From: Octopus vulgaris
Lineage: Eukaryota
Direction of reading: 5' to 3'
Assembly (NCBI GenBank): GCA_951406725.2
Contig: OX597821.1
Coordinates: forward strand, 13,950,001 to 14,014,000
Length of the DNA: 64,000 nt
The translations under genes were made by a program, and so were the position numbers. Shown here piece after piece: positions 37,901-48,622 of this stretch. Each line of letters opens with the position of its first letter. The stretch's first letter is position 1. The notes below the pieces were generated by a model. That model searched no databases. It saw only the letters and a program-made list of their open reading frames with translations, and was not told the DNA's origin.

Positions 37901-38186
37901 CTATTTAGAACATAAAGAGGGAACATTTAGGCTGGGCCTGGCCAGTTTGAATGCTAGGGGGTTAAATCAGGTCTGTCTGGTGGTAGATTGGCAGAATTAT
38001 TAGACAGTCAGAATTATTAGGTGCAGGAGTGGCTGTGTGGTAAGTAGCTCGTTTACCAACCACATGGTTCCGAGTTCAGTCCCACTGCGTGGCACCTTGG
38101 GAAAGTGTTTTCTACTATAGCCTCGGGCCGACCAAAGCCTTGTGAGTGGATTTGGTAGACGGAAACTGAAAAGAAGCCCGTCGTAT

Positions 38187-38247
<61 letters not shown>

Positions 38248-41200
38248 TGTGTTTGTGTGTCTGTGTTTGTCCCCCTAGCATTGCTTGACAACCGATGCTG
38301 GTGTGTTTACGTCCCCGTTACTTAGCGGTTTGGCAAAAGAGACCGATAGAATAAGTACTGGGCTTACAAAAAAAGAATAAATCCCGGGGGTCGAGTTGCT
38401 CGATTAAAGGCGGTGCTCCAGCATGGCCGCAGTCAAATGACTGAAACAAGTGAAAGAGTAGAGAGTCATACAACATGCCATGTAGCATCATTTCACTTAA
38501 CTAAAATTTAATTTGACACTACTTAAATGGTATTAAGCTCCAGTGCAAACACTAAGGCATTTGTACAGAGACTTTCAAAGCAACAAGCAGCTGCCTGACT
38601 GTAAAAAAACCAAAAGAAAAAACTTCTGCAAAACACTCAACACTATGTTTCGTGGTCACAAAGCAAACACACTTGACAATACTATCACGATTTCTCAAAC
38701 ACCTGCCAAAGAACGAATATTTGATCTACAGTTAGCTCAGACTGTTTGATCATGTTACTCTTACTCTTTTACTTGTTTCAGTCATTTGACTGCGGCCATG
38801 CTGGAGCACCGCCTTTTTAGTCGAGCAAATCGACCCCGGGACTTATTCTTTGTAAGCCCAGTACTTATTCTATTGGGTCTCTTTTTGCCGAACCGCTAAG
38901 TGACGGGGACATAAACACACCAGCATCGGTTGTCAAGCAATGCTAGGGGGACAAACACACACACACAAACACACACATATATACGACAGGCTTCTTTCAG
39001 TTTCCATCTACCAAATCCACTCACAAGGCTCTGGTCGGCCCAAGGCTATAGTAGAAGACACTTGCCCAAGATACCACACAGTGGGACTGAACCCGGAACC
39101 ATGTGGTTGGTAAGCAAGCTACTTACTACACAGCCACTCCTGCGCCTATATCGTCTGCTCAACAATAAATGCTGAATCCTAAGGTGGTGAGCTGACAGAA
39201 GGCTCAGCAGCATTTTGTCTGTCTTTATGTTCTGAGTTCAAATTTCACCAAGATTGATTTTGCCTTTCTGAATCAATAAAATAAGTACCAGCTGAGTACT
39301 GGGGTCAATGTAATTGACTTAACACCGCCACTCCTGCCGAAATTGCTGGCTTTGTGCCAAAATTTGAAACCAAAAAATGCTGAATCTTCCAGAGATTCTG
39401 ATTTTGAGAAAATATGGACAGTGATAGATGATGAGCTAACAAGAGAGAGAAACTCTTTACTCTTTTACTTGTTTCAGTCATTTGACTGCGGCCATGCTGG
39501 AGCACAGCCTTTAATCGAGCAAATCGACCCCGGGACTTATTCTTTGTAAGCCCAGTACTTATTCTATTGGGTCTCTTTTGCCGAACCGCTAAGTGACGGG
39601 GACGTAAACACACCAGCATCGGTTGTCAAGCAATGCTAGGGGGACAAACACACACATACATATACATATATATATATATATATATATACATATATACGAC
39701 GGGCTTCTTTCAGTTTCCGTCTACCAAATCCACTCACAAGGCATTGGTCGGCCCGGGTCTATAGCAGAAGACACTTGCCCGAGGTGCCACGCAGTGGGAC
39801 TGAACCCGGAACCATGTGGTTGGTTAGCAAGCTACTTACCACACAGCCACTCCTGAGAGTTGGGAATGAAAAAGACAAAGCAGGGGGATGAATCATCACT
39901 AGAGCATTAATAGAGAAGAAGAAAAAAAATGAATGGAAGAGACTGTAGGAAGTATTTACAACAGACAAGGAGAGAAGTTTGAATAAATAGAGTAATTATT
40001 GTCTTAGTTGTCAACAACCGTGGAATGTCCATGAGTCAAGCTGCTATAAATTTAAACATTTCAGAATATATGTTTCATTTCTATTAAGTCTCATCATATG
40101 TTTTAGAGACCCACAAACCCGAACTGACAAACTTACTTTTTATATATAACAGCTTTAACAGCACCCACCAATGTTATAGCTATGAACACAGTCTAGATGA
40201 TAGAGTTATTCTTTAACCCTTTCATTACTGTATTTATTTTGAGACGCTCTGTGATTCTTTCAATTAATTTTAAATATAACAAAGAATTTAGTAAAATAAT
40301 TTAGTTATCATTAAGCTAGGGTTAAGAGCATAAATCGTGACTGAAGTTTGGTGGAAGATTTTAATTTAAAACTCATGAAAACAAGACATTTGTACTACAG
40401 AGCCAGAGGCGCTTTCAGCCGGGTTGGTATCGGAAGGGTTAAACACAACAGCCTCACTAAGTACTCTTTACTCTTTTACTTGTTTCAGTCATTTGACTGC
40501 GGCCATGCTGGAGCACCGCCTTTAGTCGAGCAAATCGACCCCGGGACTTATTCTTTGTAAGCCCAGTACTTATTCTATCAGTCTCTTTTGCCGAACCGCT
40601 AAGTGACAGGGACGTAAACATACCATCGGTTGTCAAGCAATGCTAGGGGGACAAACACAGACACACAAACATATATATACATACATATATACGACATGCT
40701 TCTTTCAGTTTCCGTCTGCATTGGTCGGCCCGGGGCTATAGCAGAAGACACTTGCCCAAGATGCCATGCAGTGGGACTGAACCCGGAACCATGTGGTTGG
40801 TTAGCAAGCTACTTACCACACAGCCACTCCTGCGCCTATGTACCCTTGTATAAAATCAAAACCTATGGAAGATTCCAGGGTAGGGTGTTAAGTCAATTAC
40901 ATTGACCCCAGTACTCAACTGGTACTTGTATGAAAGGCAAAGTCACCCTTGGCGGAATTTGAACTCGGAACATAAAGACAGACATAATGTTGCTAAGCAC
41001 TTTGTCCGGTGTGCTAACCATTCTTTCATAACCCACCAATGCCTTAGTTAAAAACACAGGCTAACTGATAGTTACTCTTTAAATGTAACAGCCTCACCAG
41101 TACCCTTGTATCATAGAGAAGGATAGAGACTAGCTAATAGATTTATTCAAGATGCGCAAGTTTTATCTGTACCCTAATCACCACAGGTCTTATGTTAAAT

Positions 41201-41249
41201 GCACTTCTTGACATTAATCTTTTACATATACCAATTTTACATGTACTCT

Positions 41250-41642
41250 GATGGATGGAAGCACTCCGTCGGTTACGACGAAGAGGGTTCCAGTTGATCC
41301 GAATCAACGGAACAGCCTGCTCGTGAAATTAACGTGTAAGTGGCTGAGCACTCCACAGACACGTGTACCGTTAACGTAGCTCTCGGGGATATTCAGCATG
41401 ACACAGAGAGTGACAAGGCCAGCCCCTTGAAATACAAGTACAACAGAAACAGGAAGTAAGAGTGAGAGAAAGTTGTGGTGAAAGAGTACAGTAGGGATCA
41501 CCACCATCCCCTGCCGGAGCCTCGTGGAGCTTTTTAGGTGTTTTCGCTCAATAAACACTCACAACGCCCGGTCTGGGAATCGAAACCGCGATCCTATGAC
41601 CGCGAGTCCGCTGTCCTAACCACTGGGCCATTGCGCCTCCAC
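41250..41642 (-). mobile_element. tRNA-derived SINE family C, tail type 2, with 11-bp TSD
   Basis: Same ~165-nt head as 16946; flanked by ACATGTACTCT at 41239-41249 and 41643-41653. Confidence 0.88.
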
Positions 41643-42428
41643 ACATGTACTCTAATACCCTTATGGTTAATTAGATTTACTGTCCATCAATATTTAGCAG
41701 CAACAACAGTGTTTTCCAACTACAAACATCTCACTATGTCTCCGGAAAATGATTCTGTTTCTATAACAATAACCCTATCTGGAATATAGTCACAGAGATT
41801 TATGTGGAAATTATATAGAATAGACTTTATACATAGCAGTTTCACCTGTTCACACACTCAATATATCACTCTTTCTAGTTGAAGGAAGCTAAGTATTCAC
41901 CTCTTCAGTAAAACACCTATTCCTGTCCCTCTGTCATACTTTCAGATCCTTCAATACTATACCCACCTCAGTTGAGGGGGTCTTGTGAATACTTGGTGAT
42001 CTCACTAGTGCTAGTGCCATGAACAAAAATATCCAGTACACTTTGTAAAGTGGTTGGCAATAGGAAGGGCATTCAGTTGCAGAAACCATGCCAAAGCAGA
42101 CATTGGAACTTGGCTCATGCCAAACCATCCAACTCATGCAAACCTGGAAAAAGGAACATTAAATAATGATGATGAGACTTGATATGTATTTACAGGCAAA
42201 GTTAAGGGCCTAAGAAGATTGCTTTGCAGTTTCCAAATGCAGGCTTTCATTCCATTGCAAAGCACCATGGGCTAGTCTCTTTTGTCATAACCTGAAGGTT
42301 AACCCAAAATCTCAGTCTCAAGAGTAAAAGTAGATGGACAGAAACTGAGTGGAAGCCTTGTCACATGTCACACTGATTTTATTTGATGATTATCAAAATA
42401 ATACACTTGTCTATGGAATACTCTACAC

Positions 42429-42647
42429 CAGTGGTTTTCAACCAGGGTTCCTCGGAACCTTAGGGTTCCGCCAGTACAGTCCAGGGGTTCCGCAAGAAGT
42501 TACAAGACTGCTAAAATCGGCAGTAATTGTTAATTCTCCTGTGCAGATGTGTATGCATAAGACTATTAAATTATTGCACAGGGGTTCCTCGAGCCAGTGG
42601 AATGTTTCCTTGGGGTTCCGCTCCAGCAAAAAGTTTGAAAAGCACTG
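42429..42647. mobile_element. hAT-type MITE with perfect 8-bp TSD
   Basis: TIRs CAGTGGTTTTCAA / TTGAAAAGCACTG; TSD CTCTACAC on both sides. Confidence 0.9.
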
Positions 42648-43215
42648 CTCTACACTTTACATGCTAATTTTCTAAATAAGCAATTAAAGATAATTAGACA
42701 ACTGAATGATCACTGTTAAAACCAACAGAGAATCCATCACATGCAAAATACTTATGAAGAAGAGTGTCACTTATCAAAGGCCTGAGAAAGAAGGACAGGG
42801 TACCAGGCCCAACACCTGTGAAAATCGAAAGGATTAAGTTATGTAGATATTTAAAAGGCTCAAACTATCAAATGCCTAACAATTGTTAAACAGTTAGAGT
42901 TGTAAACCTGATTGATTTATTACGGTAACGTGAGGTGGAGGAATATATTCGATTAAATTAACATTGATCCTGGAAGTAGGCAAAAAAGCATCTGCAGGAT
43001 TTGAACACTGATTATAAAGGGTGTTATCTAACTACCGTTTGACATTTAGCACGATACTCTAAGAATTCCGCTATTTTTTTTTAAAATTACGCGTTGGTAT
43101 GCGCGCGTGAGAGAGAGAGAGAGAGAGAGAGGTGTAGATAAACGACAAACGAGCACAGCTTAATTAGGAGCTCATTACAACAAAACTAGGTTGGTATTTA
43201 GGACAATTAATTGTT

Positions 43216-43217
43216 TG

Positions 43218-43302
<85 letters not shown>

Positions 43303-43304
43303 AT
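43216..43304. repeat. (TA)n(TG)n(TATG)n compound microsatellite
   Basis: Directly visible. Confidence 0.95.
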
Positions 43305-43843
43305 AAATGAACGTTATTAATATGTTGAATATGTTAATTATCATGAAGTATAAATAAGACAAAACGAAATCAGGGATAGAACGCTAAAATCGACAATTGA
43401 GTCCACCACCATGTGATTGATCGTAATTCAATCGATATCGATGGAAAATAATAATAAAAAAAAAACACCAGCAGCAACAAACGAGGAACCGCCACGTAAT
43501 AGTTCGACTTGCTAGAAACAGCAGCTAAAAATTTTTAAATCATGCTCAACTCTTAGAAAAGGACATATTGAATAATATTGGCCCGAGGTCACAGAAAAAG
43601 GAAAAAAGACGGGATGGTCACGGTTGGTATGCGTTTCTCATAGGATCAGTTTAATGAGGGTCGACTGTAGCTAAACAACAATAATTGCATTTAAATGAAG
43701 TTAGAAAGCAATTAATAACCCACCAGGCAAACTGGCAGAGAAGACAGAATGCGAGAAAAAAAAAAATATATATATATATACACACATCACACGACAGAAA
43801 CCGAATCTCGCGGTTCAAGGACAAGGACGTGTGTGTTTGTATG

Positions 43844-43939
43844 CACGCGCACGTTCATATGTGCATGAACATGTATGTATGTATGTATGTATATATATAT
43901 ATATACATACATGTTCATGCACATATGAACGTGCGCGTG
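43844..43939. repeat. Perfect 37-bp inverted repeat with 22-nt loop
   Basis: CACGCGCACGTTCATATGTGCATGAACATGTATGTAT (43844-43880) and its exact reverse complement (43903-43939). Confidence 0.95.
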
Positions 43940-46900
43940 TGTGTGCATACAGATACATATAGATACACACACACCTACCTACACATATACATACATGTAT
44001 ATAATAGTGAAATCTGCTTACTGTGATCATTTCGGGACAGAGCAATTTAAATGACAATAAGGAGACGATTTAACAATATACTGTTCATGCTTGGGACCCC
44101 ACTAACTTTGATAATAATAACCGTCTGATAACATAACTAGTGATCATAACAAACAGCTGCCACTAAATATAAACACACACAAATATCAATATATAAATAT
44201 TTATTATATATTATATTTTCAAGATTGTCAATATCTCACCTTTAAACTGACACGTGATTAAGCAACGAAATGGTAAAAGAGGGGCGTTGAACTCTTTATA
44301 TAATAAGAAGACATGGCGAAGTTTGTTTTCTATGCTACGATATATGGGGAGTAAGAATAAGAAACGTGATAGACAGAAGAAAATAGGCAACCATAATGCA
44401 TAAAAGCATGGGAGAGAAATAAAAGATAGTTGAATCGAAAGACAGCTCCAGAGATTCGAGAATGAAGGAAAAAAAAACAACGAACTCCTTATTAAAAGAT
44501 CCAATAATCCCCAACCCCTTCAAATAAAAGTAATTTCATTACACAATTGCTTAATTAATAAGTTTTACCCCCAACATTCGTAGGTTGTTCCCGCAATATT
44601 CTTGGAGTTGGCTGGGTTTAATTTCGCCTCTACTCATCATCCAAGTTGTGTCTAATCTCTTTGCCTAAGGTAGGACAGTCTTAGCAGCATTTACAGACAC
44701 TGGGTAAATTAATGCTCTTGGGCCCTAAATAGTATTTATTTATCGACAGTAAGTCACAGCATACACAAATCAGAATTGGACCCCCCCCCCCCAGACCCGT
44801 GAGGTACCCGAGCAACTGTCCAATGTGCCCATGCTTTCAGAACGTACTGACTCCGAAAATCTGCACTTAATCACTAACGCCTAGTTCTACCATCCCAGAA
44901 TGTCGACCCTCGGGAAATTCCCTCCTCTTACGGATCAGGTGTTGACGTACAAAGGTTCGAGAATGTGAAAAGGAATGGCATCACTGCGCTGGTATAGGAG
45001 GGCCTAGAAAGGCCATGGCACTGCCTCCTCTTCCAGACCCAGCAAGTGATTAACTAAATAAAACACTCGACGTCAAAACCGTTTAGAAAGTGGGTGACAT
45101 GATTGATACCAACGCCTATCCTAAAGCTGTCTTCGTTAAACTAAAAAGTAATCAAATCGATGTTTTAACATAGCACTGGACCAATTTTTCAAAAAGGGCG
45201 GTAGATGACTAAATAGAGAGACACTTTTAATCAACCCTGGATGAACCTACCAACCACAAGACTCGCTTGTCTATTGCTTATGTTAAATCTGTGTTGAAGA
45301 TTACTTATAAAAATGACACTATATCACTAGTAACAACAGCAATGGCAAAGAGAGAGAGATGGAGAAAAAGAGAAAGCACTAAATATGTTTATATTTTAGC
45401 CCAGGTCAAGCCCGATCATCTCTTCATTTTATTTATTTTTTTTAGTCATAGTATACATGGAACAACATTAACCATCTCATTTTTAGGATAGAAAGGGATG
45501 AAACTGAGACTGGGCGGCTCGTGTCCAGTGGAGAAAGAAAGAGAGAGGATTGAAAAATTAGATGTCGCTGTCAACTGTCTGAGTAAGCGCAAATGAGTAA
45601 GACGTGACAATGTATTAAGTGACCAACGAACTAATAACATAGACATCATGACAAGTAGTGAGAACCTCATCAAACAGGACCTAATGGAGACCACTTGCAA
45701 TCTAAAGAAAACAGCGGACCCCAACGACTGTTTAGGCCCCCGTCACACGAATATTTCATAACCAGGGAGTTAAACGGAATAGAGGACAAACAGCGCACAT
45801 AAAATGCTTAATATATATTTTTTTTTACTACCCACAAGGGGCTAAACATAGAGGGGACAAACAAAGACAGACAAACGGATTAAGTCGATTACATCGACCC
45901 CAGTGCGTAACTGGTACTTAATTTATCGACCCCGAAAGGATGAAAGGCAAAGTCGACCTCGGCGGAATTCGATTCGCAAAAAGGCATCCAAGTTGCAGAC
46001 AGAATTGTAATAGGAGTTTGACAAATGTTCTGAGAATCTCTTATAAAAACCACTATGATGTGAAAAGAGGTGTGGTTGAACGGTCAGTCTCTGGTAGTGT
46101 CTTCCGACTGATATCGTAAAACCTTATTTTAATGCATATATAACCTCAATAGCATACAAAGTGTAGCTGTGTGATTATGTGTGAGTGTGTGTATCGCATG
46201 TTACGATATATTTATAGGACAACACATTGCTCTTGTGTGAAGGAAGAACCAGTAACTCCTCTATCTGTAATGATGTCACCCCCAGGAATGTAGTGGAGAG
46301 CATAACATAAAGTGTAGTTAAAAATACTTTGTAACATGTTAACTAGACAGCCTTGAAGAATAGATAACCTGTTCTTTAATAATAGCACATATAGACTTTT
46401 ATATGGCAAAAAAAAAAATCAATTTAGTGGGATAAACTCAGATCTACTAACGGAACTCAGAGCCAACAACAAACTTCAAGTGGTCATTTTTCCTCATCAA
46501 ACTGTCCAGGATGTGACAAAAAGGAGTGGACAGAAAGCATGTGTGTGTGTGTATGTATGCAGAATTCTGGTTTAAGTATCTCAAATAATCCCTCATTGTA
46601 TAAAAGTTTAGCATATTCTAATAAATCGTTCTACATGTGAATGGAATTATTATATAAGAACCTTGTGAATAGAAATAATTTTTTTTTTGTTTTTGTTTTT
46701 ACCAAAGATTGCTTTTTGAATTAACAAAATTTGTTTATATTTTGTAAGGTACTGAATTAATAATATGCACAAAATAATAAAAAAAAAATCCTGTAATGTC
46801 ACACACAAAAGCAAATAAATAAATAAATACATAAATAAAACTGCTCAAAGTCTTGATTACGAAACCTCGACATTCTGACAATACAACCATTATATGGTTG

Positions 46901-47121
46901 GTGGGGGTGGACTTAAATTTTAAAAGACAGATCGCAAAAACAAAAGTGTGTGTGTGTGTGTATTCATTGATGAAGCTGTGACAGGGTGTGTGCGTATATT
47001 TGATTGCATGTTTATCTGAAACTATTAGGATTGATGCAAAGTTGCAACCACACCTTTTTTTTCTTCAGACCCAATAACGCGCACCAGCATGACACCTCAC
47101 TTTACAAACCTCTGCTGGTGT

Positions 47122-47182
<61 letters not shown>

Positions 47183-47183
47183 A

Positions 47184-47317
47184 ATTTAAAACAGTTTGAT
47201 TCGGTTCCTTGTTGTTTCAAGTTTCGTCGCAAGCCCCTAACGGGAGTCCGATTTTTTTCAGGTTTTGGATTGGCGAAACTTGGAAGTATCACAGAACCGA
47301 ATTAAACTGTTTTAAAT
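47184..47317. repeat. Imperfect 134-bp palindrome (small fold-back or MITE-like)
   Basis: ATTTAAAACAGTTTGATTCGGTTC / GAACCGAATTAAACTGTTTTAAAT plus inner CAAGTTTCG / CGAAACTTG. Confidence 0.8.
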
Positions 47318-47391
47318 CAAATAATACATGTAACTCCTCCTAAATGTATTGAGTACCCTTTCCTTTCGTTTGTGTCCACTCAGTCACACAC

Positions 47392-47818
47392 ATATATATG
47401 ATTGTATGTATGTATATGTATATATATGATTGTATGTATGTATGTATATGTATATATATGATTGTATGTATATATATATATGATTGTATGTATGTATATA
47501 TATATATGATTGTATGTATGTATATATATATATGATTGTATGTATGTATATATATATATATGATTGTATGTATGTATATATATATGATTGTATGTATGTA
47601 TATATATATGATTGTATGTATATATATATATATATGATTGTATATATATATATGATCGTATGTATATATATATGATTGTATGTATATATATATGATTGTA
47701 TGTATATATATATGATTGTATGTATATATATATGATTGTATGTATATATATATGATTGTATATATATATATGATTGTATGTATGTATATATATATATATA
47801 TGATTGTATGTATGTATG
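47392..47818. repeat. Compound minisatellite [(TA)n-TGATTG-(TATG)n], about 19 units
   Basis: Recurrent ATGATTGTATG cores with variable TA runs; begins about 60 nt inside ARPC5 intron 1. Confidence 0.95.
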
Positions 47819-47878
47819 TCCATTCGCATATATATACACGCACGCATGCTTGCCAATCAGATAAAACGAAAAGGATAC

Positions 47879-48018
47879 GCGTTGAGGAAATTCACGACTT
47901 CGCTATAATTCGGTCCCTGTTCCTTCTGGTCTTCGTTCTGTTCGTCTTGGTATTTATCTTCGTCATAATCATCGACGTTGAAGCTGCGAAACAAAGTGGC
48001 ACCTGTGTTTTTAGACAT
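47879..48018 (-). CDS. ARPC5: Actin-related protein 2/3 complex subunit 5 (p16-Arc), coding exon 1
   Basis: ATG at 48018; reads [46 protein letters not shown] plus 2 nt, matching the ARPC5 N-terminus; followed by the U12-type donor GTATCCTTTT (47878 downward). Confidence 0.95.
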
Positions 48019-48619
48019 GACCGTTAAAGTGATGTAGATGTTAAAAGGGGGGAAATTTTTACTAAAGAAATTAGTTGAAATAAGGAAGTTGAGAGAGTAA
48101 AAGACGAGAACCGGTCGCTGTATTATTAAGTCTGCTCCACGCCCCGGAAATGGCTCGCACTTTGCATTTACTTTCGTATTTCAATTAATTTTTTTTTCTT
48201 TTAATTCAGACTTATTTTTAGTCTCTTTTAGATTTTATCTGACATAAATATATTTAAAAGTTACACTGAATTAAATTTGTTCAAACATTTGGTGATAAAT
48301 TATGACAACTTTAGTACGGCAAAAGTGATATGAAAATAGGATTATATCTAAAAAAAAAAAAACATTTCTCGTTATTGTTCCGGTAAATGAAACAAAAAAT
48401 TAAAATCAAAAGTATTTTCAATTTAATGTTTTTTTCTGTCAGATATATTACAATTATTTTATTTATCAATTTAATAATTTTTATTCACATTTATATCAAA
48501 TAAAAGATATTGCTGATCACAATTTTCAAAAAGTACTTGATTTAATATAACCGGAAGTGAGGTAAGGTTCACAGTAACTAATATTGTAACTTCCTTTTAG
48601 GGATTAGACCTTCTCAAAG
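48019..48619. promoter_or_regulatory. Bidirectional promoter region and 5'UTRs between ARPC5 and RPL35
   Basis: Divergent ATGs about 600 nt apart; no recognisable repeat in the interval; ETS/GABP-type ACCGGAAGTG at 48550-48559; TCT/5'TOP-like CTTCCTTTT at 48590-48598; on the ARPC5 side CCACGCCCC (Sp/KLF-like, 48137-48145) overlaps CCGGAAAT. Confidence 0.8.
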
Positions 48620-48622
48620 ATG
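48620..48622 (+). CDS. RPL35: 60S ribosomal protein L35 (uL29), exon 1 coding part (ATG only)
   Basis: aaagATG|gtgagt about 30 nt after the pyrimidine tract CTTCCTTTT; ATG-only first exons are typical of ribosomal protein genes; completes a 123-aa protein. Confidence 0.88.

Larger units (their letters stand above)
28219..47878 (-). other. ARPC5: U12-type (minor spliceosome) GT-AG intron 1 of ARPC5, 19,660 nt, phase 2
   Basis: 5' splice site GTATCCTTTT is the U12 consensus; branch site TTCCTTAAT lies about 12 nt upstream of the AG. Confidence 0.9.
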
